From Antedon mediterranea (Eukaryota > Animalia > Echinodermata): a stretch of 64,000 nt of DNA. Where the stretch lies: the NCBI RefSeq assembly GCF_964355755.1, contig NC_092671.1, forward strand, positions 5,270,001-5,334,000, given 5' to 3'. How positions within the stretch are numbered: the stretch's first letter is position 1; every line of letters begins with the position of its first letter. Under the pieces are notes generated by a model, which made no database searches, had not been told where the DNA came from, and saw only the letters and a list, made by a program, of their open reading frames with translations. Below are positions 1 through 13,713 of this stretch, piece after piece. Made by a program: the position numbers and the translations under genes.

Positions 1-2562
1 ATTAATTTATTTCAACAATATTTTATGAGGGTGGTCCATCCAGCTGAAGCTGATCATTAGGGACCCTTACAAAAAATATAATTTGACAAGACAATAACAC
101 ACAACATTCAAAATAAATAGAATTTCTAAAAATTAACAACATAATTAAACACAAAATATTTCTTTATGAAAAAAACTTAAAATCCGTTTCACGAGGAACA
201 TGTAAAAAATATTTTATTATCGCCATAATATCATAACAGCGTCCTCTATAGATCGATGCCCTATGAGGCCTCCGTACTTTCATCGGCAGGCCTAGCGATG
301 ATTTTCGCGAAGCTAAGCTGGCGATGGATTTCTGAAGGGTGCTCAATTATTATTTAATTGATTAAAAATAGTTATAAATAAGAAATTATCGATATTTTAC
401 CATTTTATGCTTGCTGAATGCTGTAGACAACTCGTGAGTAGGCTAGATGAAGTATTGAAATCATTTTGAGTAATTTTAAGGGGTGGGTACGAAACTGCAT
501 TAGCGCCGAACCTTCTATATAAATTATAAGCATGCAAATAAAAGAATGTTCTGATGAGTCAGTATGCTAAAATAACTAATTGACAGGCACTCGACACTGT
601 ACTACTACTAGAATACCTCCAAAACACGGTAAACCCAAATCACAACAGCTCAAGGGGAGTGTCCTCTAAAACTATATTTAAGCAACTTTTCTACAATGAA
701 CAGTACACAAAAATGGTATCAACCTTCTCTGTTGTCTTTTTCCTTTTTCCTACGCCCTAATGTTGTGACCATGTTGAGAAAAGACTCATCTTTTTTGTCC
801 TTTTTCGGAGTGGTAGCCTTGGTTGGAGAGGTAGCCATGTTCGCCGACGAGTGGGAGTGTACGATCAAATTTCCATTGATATTTTTGTACAACAGCGCCC
901 TCTATGCATTTATTTGACAGCATTATTTTCAGGCATTAATGTATGTCACCATTTATAATAGATTTTCTATTAGGCCTACTTAAACCATTTTCAAATAAAA
1001 GAATTTAACAAAACTATGGTAATTAGATCACTTTATATTAATTAAAATACTTCATATTACTATGGTAATTAAAATACTTCATTATCATTATTAGTTGATA
1101 TTCTTATATTTCTATTTATTTCACTTACCTGGGACACGAAAAAAAAGAAAACGTAATGTGATCGAATACAAGAAATAGTACAGAATCGTAACAAAAAAAA
1201 CTTTTACCTACATATTATACAATTAGCATAGGCCTACAGGTAGTTCCTAAGATACAAACATCTTATTTCAAAGTATTTCTTTTCTTAACGTGTCCTTCGG
1301 TTATTTTGTCCAAAATCAACACGGAAGACAACATAAATTTAATGTAGGCCTAATAAGCTAATTTAAAACACTATTATAATTATGTATTTACCGTTCAAAC
1401 AAATAAACCGTACAGCTATACGATCAAAACCATGGTTGCATGGAGTAAAGAATTTACTCCATGCTACAATGAAGAATTCTCCATGCCAGGCTACATAACA
1501 AAATAAACAATACATCCTCCTCTAAACGATGGTATCTCTTTTTTTTCTTACTTAAATCAATTATAATTACTATTAAAACAAAAAGAATAATACCTGAATT
1601 TGAATTCGAAGAAGCCATGATGTGTATTCCTATTAGTCAATGCCGCACCTACACACCTTTTCAAAGAATGAATGTTAATTATCCATTGTCCTCACACCTT
1701 TACAATCCAAACAATACTGGCCTAGTGTTCACAAGTATTTACAAATCAGAATTCGTCTTCAAATTTTGTTTATCTGATAAATAAATAATAAACTTAGGCT
1801 ATATATACAGGTACTGTAGTATGTTGGTAACTTTGGTCTTCTTTACACCCTAGTTATGCCGTTTTTGTTTCTTCAAGACCTTGAGTTCAGAACAGAATAG
1901 AAATAAGGAAGTTGTTAAGAATCAGGAAGGAAATCGTCTGCTACGTCGACTGGTTTCTGCTGGTTGCTATCGAATACTACTATTAAAAACTATTTATTAA
2001 TTATCGAAAGTTAACACGTTAATCGCCGTTAATAGCTGACATATTCGCCTAATTAGATAGTTTAAGATGAGCCATACAGATGCCTATAGGTATACCATGG
2101 ATGTTAATTTATACCTCCATGTGGTAGGCATGGTAGGCAAATATCATCTAGTTGACCTTTATGCAAAGTATTAAACTTTATTTCAATTATAACTTATACC
2201 CAATTGAATTTACATTATGTATGACAGAAGCAAACTTTGTGAAGGATAATGCAAATATGTAAATTAATTCTATATAAATATTCTTAAAGCCTGCATACGG
2301 TTTAATATTATTTATGCAAAAAAAACCTCAATGAGTGTAGTCAAAACTCAGAGGTTATGAGAAAATAATTGCCCTAATCTGACGTAATATGTACTTTATA
2401 CATTTGAGAATACTTGCGAAAAAAATCACAAGTAATTCTCGGGTGGGACTCGAACTTAGCTACCGTTCATATCTCTAGACCAGCGTTTCGCAACCTTTTT
2501 TGACCGCTACCCCATGATCCAATTTTTGGGAATTCTCGCGACCCAACATTGTGTATTTGAGC

Positions 2563-3411
2563 GGTTTCGATCCAAGTCGGCCCTAAACCGTCTCGGCCAA
2601 AGTCAAGTCGGCCCCAAGTCAAGTCGGCCTCAAGTCAACTCGGCCTCAAGTCAACTCGGCCTCAAGTCAACTCGGCCTCACGTCAACTCGGCCAAAAAAT
2701 AATCGGTCAACTCGGCCCCGTTAAAGTATGGAACGCAAAAAGTGCAAATGAAGGGGATTGATAAAATAATATTTCTTCACAATTTTTTAACTATGAATAA
2801 TTCTGACTTTTAATGAACATTATTATTTAGACAATAATATATTTAGCAAAAAAAATAGGAATGATTTCACCAACTTTCCTTTATTTACGTTTAATAAAAT
2901 TTCGTAGCTGAGCCTCCCTGCGCGTTTGCCAGCTTTTTCGATATCTACAACTGCTACGTGTTTTCGCTGACCGGGGGATTCCCCTTTTTAAAAAACGCAA
3001 ATCATGCACAAAAACGATGTAGGCCTACGATCATTTTTTCTACGGCCAAATGGTGGAACGTAGGCCTCCGTCTTCGATTTCCTAAAATACGGTACCTGCA
3101 CGTGTTTTTTGTAACACGCGGGTACTTCTATTCATATTGGCAATGAGTTCATTTTTTTATATGATATTATATTTTTTATTTCTTCATTTTTTTTAAAACG
3201 TGGATAGTAAGAATCGTAATAATATTAAGCACTTTTTGCGTTCCATACTTTATTGTGGCCGAGTTGACCGATTAGTTTTTGGCCGAGTTGACGTGAGGCC
3301 GAGTTGACTTGAGGCCGAGTTGACTTGAGGCCGAGTTGACTTGGGGCCGACATGACGTGGGGCCGACTTGACTTTGGCCGAGACGGTTTGGGGCCGACTT
3401 GACCTGCACCC
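2563..3411. mobile_element. Non-autonomous foldback-type DNA transposon (MITE) with 16-bp subterminal tandem repeats
   Basis: Inverted arms ~2563-2745 and ~3228-3411 are built from GTCAACTCGGCCTCAA units; an 8-bp direct repeat ATTTGAGC flanks the element (2555-2562, 3412-3419). It lies just inside an apparent hAT-Charlie-like 5' end (CTCTAGAC|CAGCGTTTCGCAACC at ~2481). Confidence 0.8.
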
Positions 3412-5318
3412 ATTTGAGCTTACAGTCGGCGTCTTCCAAATCTATGTCATTTTACTCGCATTAAATAGCAATTAAGAACACAAAAAAAAACAACCTAATT
3501 TTTTTTTTTTTTTCAAATTCAAATTCAAATATTCTTTATTCATCCTCTATCATGAAAATATACAACAACAATATATGAGAACATAAAAAAGATGAAAAGG
3601 AAACACATAAAAACTCAAAAGAGCTTGATTAGTTGTGTCCCCCTATGTCCCTAACTAGCCTAAAAAACTAAAACATAAATAATAAAAAAGCTAAATCCTG
3701 CAACAAGTATAATTTTTAAAATTATTTGTAAAATGATAATAAATGTCCTTTAAACAATGATAATTGATAACATACAAAACAATGCCACTTCTATTTGTGT
3801 GCCCCTTTTCACTATGATTTTCACACTTTGTTTAATTTGTTAAAACCATTCCAATTTCCAATGTGCTTCGATCGGCCCCTAAGGGGTGAGAGTATATCAA
3901 CATATTGAATGATTTCGCAAAAACGTTTATTGCCATTTTAATACTACAACGTGAAAATGAAATAATAGCTAGGGAAAGATATATAGAAAAAAGATATATT
4001 CTTTATTACGTACATTAAAAGTTATATGGTTTCTTATTATGTTTCATCACATTATGATTAAACGCCGTGTTTATAGGCCTACGTGTTAGAGTTATCAATT
4101 AAATTATCGATTAAGTAATAGATGGGACCACACGTAGAGCTTCTCCCGTTCATGGAATTTTCATGGTGGGCAAAAGTTGATGCATTGTAAATTGTTGTTG
4201 TAGAAAGATCTTGTACTGATGCAAATCCGTTGGTCTTTCTTAGGTGACTGTAGTTTTATGACGATATAATCATACATAACGAGAGAATGCAAAGTAAAAA
4301 ATGCAATTATTGTTAACTAAAATACATGTTTGTTTCTAACATAGACAGGGTACAGTTGAGAAAAAATGTTAAATTCAGAACGTGAAATTAAGATCTAATA
4401 CAGAAAGCTCTTATATTGATTAATGGAAATTTTAGTTTTACTGTCTAATATAACCAATTTATTTCATGAATATAAAAAAGGAAGATAAATATTATAATAA
4501 CAAATTGTTGCTATTAATTGCAAAACTTCGATTTTGTTGGTGTTGATAAGAAATTGTGCAAAGTTAATTGCATTGTTGTTACAGAGTATACTAAAATAAT
4601 ATGTTCATTGTAATTCTCTGTAAACTATAGCCTAAAGGTGAATGTTTCAATCATAATAATCATATTTTATACATCATCACATACATTGATGTACTAGAGA
4701 CGGATACTAGTATGCAGAGAGATGAACTGGCTGTCACAATCACAAAGAAGTTATGAATGAATCTAGTTAGTAAGTAAGTAAGTAAGTAAGTAAGTAACTC
4801 TAACCCCGGCCCTCTATAAAACGCTGCGAATCAACTGTTACATTTTCTTAGAACAAAACGTAGCCATTTAGAAATCGTATGAGCAGTCTGATTGTTCTAT
4901 TGACATGTCTGCGTCGCTGATTAATTGACAACAAAAATATATTTCTGAACAATTCTGTTTTAATTTCATCACAATCGGACTACAAAAAGTTCAATTTCTT
5001 ACGACCGGTAATTTTAAGTAGTTGGTAATATTAATAAAATATGCAATTTTTATATTTGAATGATCATATTGGCCTTCCACCTCCTGCCATTAAAAATTGC
5101 GTTAATCTATAGAATATTAAATTGTGCATTTTAACATGTATGTTTTTACCGCGCGTGTCTTGTGGTCACAAGTACAACAAACGTGTTTTTAATAATAGGC
5201 CCATGGTTTAAGCAGTGGTTTCTTCATAAATCTCCTTAATTATCAATGTGATTATATTTAACTTGCAGTGCCTGGTTATTGGCTAGTGGTTATATCATCC
5301 ATATCACATCCAATCACC

Positions 5319-6156
5319 TACTAGAAAACTCAGATCTAGAAAACTCAGATCTCAGATATATCTGACTTTTCTAGATCTAGAAAACTCAGATATATCTGAG
5401 TTTTCTAGATCTAGAAATCTCGGATATCTGACTTTTCTAGATCTAGAAAACTCAGATATCAAGATCTGGGTTTTCTAGTTCCAAAATGGAACTAGAAAAC
5501 TCAGATCAGCATGTGATTGGTTGGTAGGTCATTTGGATCATTCCATTATTTATCAGAAGGTAGGTCATTTTGAAATATTAGAGTATTATTAAAACTGACG
5601 TTTTCTTACTAAAGGAAACACAGTGCATGTTACCGTTAAAATGTAGGTTTAAAAATTAGGTATGTACGAGTTGGTGTGGGTACGAGTTGGTTGAGGTACG
5701 AGTTAGCCAAGTTGGGAATAGGTACGAGTTATTTTGGGTACGAGTTGACCACTTCTAGCCTAGTAGTAGGGCGAGGCCTACTATTCGCGATACATCGCGA
5801 TAATGCCCACACGTTGAGCCTTGAATTGAGTTTGCTAGGCTAGGCCTAAATGCTAAGCCTACATTTTAAAAGGTGTATACTGTATTTCTTTATGATTTAA
5901 GTCGTAGGCTGCTACTACAAGTTACAATAATTATTATTATTAGTAAGAAAACGTATAATACTGTAGTATTTTAACCAAGCTACCCTCTATTAATAATGGA
6001 ACGATCCATATGATGATCTGGGTTTTCTAGTCCCATTTTGGAACTAGACAACTCAGATATTGATATCTGAGTTTTGTAGATCTAGAAAACTCAGATATCT
6101 GAGTTTTCTAGATCAAGAAAAGTCAGATATCTGAGTTTTCTAGATCTACTAACACC
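5319..6156. mobile_element. Mutator-like foldback MITE with 9-bp TSD
   Basis: Inverted arms ~5320-5510 and ~6010-6150 are made of CTAGAAAACTCAGAT/ATCTGAGTTTTCTAG units; 9-bp direct repeat CCAATCACC at 5310-5318 and 6157-6165; internal GGTACGAGTT repeats at 5660-5750. Confidence 0.7.
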
Positions 6157-6602
6157 CCAATCACCGGGCCTAATTGAATGGAAACTGCGATCCCTGATCC
6201 CGGATCCCGGATTGGCTGGCTATGTATAGTTGCGATACGTCACCACTGACTACTACTCTCTAGGGCTCGTTTCGTTTTGAAATGTAGACGCAAGCCGAAC
6301 TTAACCTTGAACAAACGAAGCTTAAAAGTACCTTGTCTATTATTGTATTTTTATTCCCACAAGAAGTAGACAACGATGAGTATGTAGATCATGATTACAC
6401 GTTGTAGCTACTACACTTAAGATTAGCCTACCAATAGGCCTACCGAGGCCTATATCAATGTCGGCAAATCATAGGGTTTACTAGTAAGCCTAGAAGGCCT
6501 AAGCCTAGTATCCTTGCTGATTTTGTAATTTATTTTACATGTAGGCTGAGATGTTTGTCTGAGATGTAGGGCTACTACAGGTCATGGTTTTTAAACCCAA
6601 AG

Positions 6603-9600
6603 CAGGCCCGTATGCAGCATTTATAATGGGGGGGGGGTGCGAGCGAAGCGAGCAACAATGGCTGGGGGCCAGGGGGCCGCCAAGGCCCCCCGGTCAGGGT
6701 CCAGGGGCCGAAGGCCCTGGAAAAATTTGCGTTATTTGACGTTCTAAAGACTGATGTAAGACTCTCTGTTGTGGCTTGGGCTAGTTGAACGATGGACACC
6801 AGAACTTAACGCTTTCATGAGATGAGGCCAACTCAGCAGGGGTGGCGCCAGGATCTTCCCGACGCGGGGGCTACATTCCCCGACGAGGGGGCTATGCGAG
6901 CGAAGCGAGCATCACTAGGCTGAGGGCCAGGGGGCGATTTTTTTTCCGTACGACAGTTCCTCCATCGGTTCGTTTCGGACTCAATCGACTCTCTTCGGTA
7001 TTCGGTAAAGTCAGCTCACTGATGCGTGACAATATAATACAATTTACATTTACAAACCGCGAGCTAATAATTTCACACAGGCTCTCATATAAAATGAATC
7101 TACACTAATACGAGTTTTGATGACATTAATTAATAAATACTAGGCCTACTTAGTCATTACATTAAGAACCCAATAGCATATTGAAGATATTTAGGTCTAC
7201 GACCCAATAGTAGGTCGTATCAGATATTATTTTTTGAAGTTGAACGACCTTTTGTCACGAACGAGAGGCTCTTTTCTTATCGTTTATGGTATTGTAGCTA
7301 GCCCATGGCTAGCCTAGCCAACATAGCCAAGCTTGTGTAAGCCTATGCAAGGTATTACTTTTGAATTTAAAATGGTTATGTACAGTAGGAATTCCTATGC
7401 ACAGTGTATGTTTTTTATACCTTTTAAAATAATATTATTAAATTAATATTTATATTGTAAGGTAATGGAAATTTTACGTTAAAGGTGTATGTATTAATTA
7501 TCCCCAATCTTGAAAAATAAAGATTTCAGACTTTTAATATAGGCAATTTTGGAGTTTTAATTAAGTTATAGGCCTACAACTAATATTATTGTTTATTATG
7601 TGTATATGTAATTTGGAAAATCATAAAAAATACATGCAAAGTAAAAAACATTCAATTACGGTACTGACACGACTGCAATAGTACAAATACATTTAATAAT
7701 ACTGTAAGACATTTTCCAGGAAGCTTATAATACAGTAATTATATGTGATACTATCATCTTGTCATGAAGATCGGTTTTCTGTATTCCATATTCTTTTTTT
7801 ATTATGGATGGTTTCTGAAATAAATTTTTTTTTTTAAATTGTTCATTTTAATTCAAAATTTCCACCGGCCAAGATATCAATAATTATTAAATTAACACAA
7901 TATTAAACGCTTTATAAGCAAGCATGTGTTTCTATACATTACAACTTACAAGAATACATGTTACTAATACTAATACCTAGTATATAGGCCTATATGTATA
8001 CAATTTTTCAAATGTTACACTTAAAAACCTGAAGAAAATTGTAATTTTCTTGATAAAAACATCTGTTAGTGTTACTTCTGTACATATAATTTCTAACCTA
8101 CTACTTCATTTTATTAAAATAAAAAATAGTACTGTCTGTAGATGGAAATGTACTACATTGAAGCACACGTACGTAGGGCTAGGCTAGCTAGGCCTTGCTT
8201 GTGACGACCAACAAAGTGCTGCTGCTGTGTGTGTGTTACTGTTTGTGAATCTGATGGTACATACATTGGTTTGTGGCTGCCTATACAGTATTATATTATT
8301 AAAATTCTAGGCCTATTATTATTATTACAATGACGTTCAGTATGTACTGGTATTAATATTTATTATTATATTTACAGTGAGTATAGTATTAGTATTATTA
8401 TTATAGTATTATGTATAAATCTGTCACTCGTGCAAAAAAGCTGCTCACGTTTTGTCTTGTGGTTGCTGTCACGCATCAGTGAGCATCGGTGGCTTACCGA
8501 AGAGTCGATTGAGTCCGAAACGAACCGATGGAGGAACTCTCGTACGGAAAAAAAAATCGCGGCCAGGGGCCGCCAAGGGCCCCCGGTGGGGGTCCAGGGG
8601 GCGGAACCCCCGGAAGCAACGCGTTCTAGCGTCATTTGAGGTCTTTTTAATCAGATTTAGGGTAGCCATTTTTTCCATTTTTTATAATGCATAAATAAAA
8701 TACTGCGTGCAAAAAAACGATGCGCGATGACGGTTTCAATCCATATTTTTCAATTTAAAAAATAAAAGTTCAAAGAAAATTTTGAAAAATAGAGTTGGAG
8801 GTCCCGGAAATTGGACTTATTATACTTCAAAACATGAAAAAAAATATATAAGTCCCTATCATGGGTTGTGACTGAGCTAAGAAATGTTTGAAAAATAGAG
8901 ATGTTAGGTCCCGGAAAATGTACTTCTTGTTCTTCGAAATATGACCAGCTTTATTGTTGGGGCTGAGCTAAGAAAATGTTTAAAACTAGAGCTGCAGGTC
9001 TTCAAAAAATTGCATTTTATACTTTGGAAACATCAGGCCTAGAGGCTTAAAAAACGCAAGCGTAGACCTTTTTCAGTCGGGGAAAAAAGTTTATTCCTCC
9101 CAGGTGTATGCATGCGTACCATCTGGACTTCCGAGTGGTGAGAAATTCATGACATACAGGATATTGAAAATGTAATAACTATAGCTATAATGTTGGCTAA
9201 GCGAAAATGGCTTTTTTGTTTAGTAATGGATGAAAAATTTATTTTAGGTGCCCCACGGTACAGAAGGTTACTTGTAAATTAAAAAATTGGTGAACAAACG
9301 AACAATTAACATAATTCGTTTTTGCTGTAGTGTAGCGTACGTCGACGCAGTACACGACGTAACCGTCGGTAAACTTCGCCTGGAAAATAACACATTACAC
9401 ATTTTGGTCCCTGGATGAAACTTGATATCACGCGTCTCGACCCAACGTTGAACGATTCGTACAAAGGGATACCGCCAGACAAGTGCGTACCTAGCTATTG
9501 TTTAGTAGTAAGTTAGATCGCTGGCAATAATGAATGCATATAAAGTGCATAATGTCACTCTGACGTACTCTCACGGTCAATATGAAACGTCGCGGTTTTC

Positions 9601-10027
9601 TAGGCGCTGAAGCTAGCTACGAAGTGAACGCGAACGCTTTTTACTGTATATTATATTCCCCGACAAAAAGTACACGTGTTCCCTGACGTTAAGTTGTCTG
9701 TATTTCTCCAGCAAACACTTTACCGCGTACCGCGTACATGAAGCGCTAAGCTATTGCTTGTCGTCACATGATCGACTGCGCATGTTTTACATCGAGTTTG
9801 TAGTCAGTTCAGATTCCGTAATTTAATTACCGGTATTTTTTCATTTTATATTAGCATATTTTTTTTTGTATACCATTGATAATGTAAATTTTGTATATAT
9901 ATAATGATATTGTCTTTAGTTAAACAAGACAAGAAAAAATACCAACCGAGGAAATAGTGGACCTTTTGGGACTTGGGGGGGGGGGGGGTGCGTCTGCACC
10001 CAACGCACCCCCCTGGATACGGGCCTG
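6603..10027. mobile_element. Non-autonomous hAT-like element with 5-bp TSD (hAT5-like), containing nested insertions
   Basis: TIR CAGGCCCGTAT (6603) / ATACGGGCCTG (10027); CAAAG on both sides (6598-6602, 10028-10032); GC-rich subterminal GCGAGCGAAGCGAGC and GGGGTCCAGGGG motifs; a second CAGGGGTGGCGCCAGG end at ~6836. Confidence 0.6.
6934..8560. mobile_element. Mutator-like MITE with ~95-bp TIRs and 9-bp TSD
   Basis: TIR GCGATTTTTTTTCCGTACGA...CTCACTGATGCGTGACA (6934-7030) and its reverse complement (8468-8560); GGCCAGGGG duplicated at 6925-6933 and 8561-8569; AT-rich non-coding interior. Confidence 0.85.
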
Positions 10028-10139
10028 CAAAGGGTACTACAATTTGCAAACAATTTGTATTTAACCCTGTAATTACATTTATTAATAATCTTGTAAGATT
10101 TCTGGGAAACCGTTTAATTTGAATTCAGAAAAGTTTCGT

Positions 10140-10475
10140 CGCCATACCAGCTAGTGCTAACAATATAAGAGCGCGCGAAAACATAGTTAAAGGTTGTTGA
10201 GTATGGGCGGCCATTAGGGCCAAAATAGACAAACGTTGCCGTACGAACAATTCCGCTCCCGTAAGGCAAACTAATGGCGTTAAAAACATAATTCCTCGAG
10301 TGACAAACAAATATTGCCGTACGGACACACAAACACATTGCTATATGAACAAATTGCCGTATGGTTAAATTGGCGTAAGGACAAACATTGGCGTAAGGAC
10401 AAACATTGGCGTAAGGACAAAAATTGCCGAAAGGACAAAATTGCCGAAAGGACAAAAAATTGGCGTAAAGACATA
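10140..10475. repeat. Degenerate ~20-bp tandem repeat (AAATTGGCGTAAGGACAAAC-like), probably one arm of a foldback element
   Basis: Repeated TTG(G/C)CGTA(A/C)GGACAAA units, clearest at 10368-10472; the ORFs here are repeat artefacts. Confidence 0.6.
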
Positions 10476-12245
10476 ATGAACATAAAAGTGTTTATTTATA
10501 ATTCTAAATTAGCCCCTTTTTTGTTAGAGCATTAACGTACCAATGTTATGAACTAATATAATTACACATTAACTAAAAACAAATACAGAGCTTCTATGAT
10601 TGGCCGGGAGTTTCAAAATAATTTACACAAATACGATCATTTGTATAATAGGCCTATGCGTACAGATTAGTAACAAATTAAACATGATAATTTAAAATTG
10701 TCCTTCCGCATGAAGCATTGGGTCTTTTTACTTATTTACAAATCATTTCTCAACTTTATGGGAATTTCAGCAAATTTGTAGATTTGTATACATTTCGTGA
10801 TTAAAATAGTATAGTATTTGAATAGTTTCTGTAGAAACAAATAACAATAACAAGATGTAGCCTACTCATGTGAAAAAAAAAACCACAAAAGCTTTATGAT
10901 GTAGGTTACGGTATGAAGCTATTATGCACAAGATTCAATAATGAATATTCACAGGGGTAATAATAAATTCAATCTTGTGAAAAGCCACGCGAATAACAGT
11001 TCCCATAAGAAAAATTAATAGGGATTTTCGCATCAGGATTCGAAGCGGTGGATGACGGCATTTTGCACTTTTAGATAGCTCTTGTCACAACCTACGGTAC
11101 ATAATTTTTCTAGGAGCGATAAACATTTATTTATGGAATATGGTTATTTGATAAAATGTCACGCACTGAACACAGACGCTCTGTTCACCGCCATTCCCTG
11201 TCCTGATTCGTAAAGTTCATAATGTTCAGCAACAGCGACTGCAACTTATCTTCTTTTAAGTTGCCGCCCCAGACAGCAGTTCCAAATATGTTATATATCA
11301 TAGGCCTTGTTGCTTTAGCAAACACTGCAACGTTATACCTGAGTGCCCAGACAGGCCTACGGATTTTCTTATAGGCCTAAATGTAAGGCATTGTGAAGAA
11401 ACACACTGGTGATAAATTTTGTATTGGAAATATTATGATATAAACACGTCGTTCTCACGATCAATCTAAATGTGTTGTTACCACAACAAATTGAACGCTA
11501 CATGCTACTGTCCTTTTGAGCAACATTGAACATTATATACCTATAGATCGTTCCCAATGTTGGATGACGGATTGTGAAACGGAACATGACATAGGCCATA
11601 GTAATGCCTGTATTCAATACAGGCAATCGAATAAATTGTGCGTTTACAAAACTACATCATTACTAGCCTTCTCCGGTATGTTGCAATGCCCACTAATACT
11701 GCCAGACTACTATTTCGACAAAAATCAACATATCATCAACATGTATACAAACAAAAAACAACCAATTATCTGATCGAGGGATGAAATAGAGACTAAAAAA
11801 AGTCCGCCGCTGTTCCCACCTCCCCCCACATGACACAACATAATTACATAACGTACAGTTTTACAATGAAGCACAAAAAAACCACACAATTTAATTATCA
11901 GTTGACAGCACTATTCCGTAGTCAATGAACAAGCACATAAATATATACAAAATGAACATGTAAATTGACGTATAGATTTTGTAAAAAAAAGGAAGGAAAA
12001 GGATATAGATGCTTGATAGATTAAAAAATAAAAATACATATTCGGAAAAAAACCTGCCAAATGGCAGATGGCAAGGTATGGACAATATAGACTATAACTA
12101 ATAACATAGCATAGCAATATTAAACCCAGACTGGATACCGTATACTATTCAATTCATTATCGACATATACTTGATTTGCAGTGTATATTGCTTATTTAAA
12201 TGTGTTGTTTAAATATATGACAAGCCATACTGTCGCTTGCATTAT

Positions 12246-12340
12246 TAGTCGTGTGCAACGCGACTCTACAGCTCACTATGTCGGTCGGTCAGTCAGTCGG
12301 TTGGTTGGTAAACACTAACTTAAGCACGCGACTGCAGCCA
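12246..12340 (+). mobile_element. Short HINE/DINE-1-like (Helentron-associated) element
   Basis: TAGTCGTGTGCAACGCGACTCTACAGCTCACTATGTCGGTCGGTC ... AAGCACGCGACTGCAGCC; same ends as the 38386 and 48139 copies. Confidence 0.65.
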
Positions 12341-13713
12341 TGTAGATTCACAAAATGTAGAAGATATTTGAAGACAGCCATTATGGATTGGCATGTTTCT
12401 ATTTATCCACAATAAAAATATATCATGTCTGTTAGTAAACAGATTATAATAACATTAAAACAGGTTCTATCATAATGATAGAGAAGCACATTGAAAGTAG
12501 TCTCCATCAACACAGAGGTTTATATTGTATTAACATTAATGATATCTAATATAATACTTTATATTTTAAGAGCATTTGGTCTATACATGTATGTAAATTT
12601 TACCGTAACAAAATGTTATATCATTATTTGTTGTTGATTGTGTCGACACGCAGCAGAGCTATTTAAATTTCTAAAAGCAATATGACAAACTTGTGTTAAT
12701 GGTATTGAATAAAGCTGATCAAACTTAATCAATCATATCATAAGAACATTAATGTAAACCTACTGTACTCATCAAAGTTGTTGATTGTGTCGACACGCAG
12801 CAGAGCTATTTAAATTTCTGAAAAAAAAGCAATATGACAAACTTGTGTTAATGGTATTGAATAAAGCTGATCAAACTTAATCAATCATATCATAAGAACA
12901 TTAACGTAAACCTACTGTAGGCCTACTCATCAAATTTTATGAACTTATTAATATAGAAACTAATATTTTTTTTTGAAATTGCAATTCAACAAATTGCCAA
13001 CACGGCGGAACTAGTAACTAATTTTAATGAATAAAGAAAAATGTTGGTTTTTTCTTATTAAAAAAAAACCCATTATTTTAGTAGGCCAATAAACAATAAT
13101 ATAATATGGTAGATAAATTCGATACCGTTTTCTATTTCATTCTATTGTTTATTCATTCACCTGAAGTTTGTTTTGCATTATATGCTTATACATTATCCTT
13201 ATTCAATTGTTGCATGCTTACATTGTTTATATATTTACAAAAGCTATCGATTAAGTAATAAATAGGACCACATGTAAAGCTTCTACCTTACATGGAATTT
13301 CCATGGTGGGTAAAAGATATTGTACTGATGCTAATCCGTTGGTCTTATGAAGATAATCATACATCATGACGAGAGAATGCACGTTGTGCATTTACAAAAA
13401 ATGTAATTATTGTTAACAAAAATACATGTTTGTTTCTAACATTATTTCTAATTAATGTTAATGACAACATAGGGCCTACTAATAAATGATGAGATATTGA
13501 TAGAAGTAGATCGATATTATTCAACTTCACTTGCTTCATTGAAAACTATAAAGTGGCGGCCGCACAAATAATACCGGTACGTTACTATATTTGTTTCGCA
13601 TGACATTCTTTATTGATATGTTGATATTGATTGATATTTCAATTTCACTGACTCTACCTGAATTGTAGGCCTACTTTAGGCGAAATAAACACAATCTTCA
13701 TTATATATATTTA

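Noticed and set aside
1-70. Stem-loop plus AATAAA resembling a minus-strand LINE/SINE 3' tail
   Set aside because: Too short and cut by the window edge to assign to a family.
551-590. CTGATGAGTCAG... possible hammerhead
   Set aside because: No GAAA after a plausible stem II and no stem I/III pairing.
2590-2700. Regular 16-bp repeats resembling a CRISPR array
   Set aside because: No spacers, eukaryotic context, and a mirrored copy at 3255-3400 shows they are MITE subterminal repeats.
10114-10535. Overlapping ORFs with repeated peptides (WRKDKH, CPYANV)
   Set aside because: Translation artefacts of a 20-bp tandem repeat.
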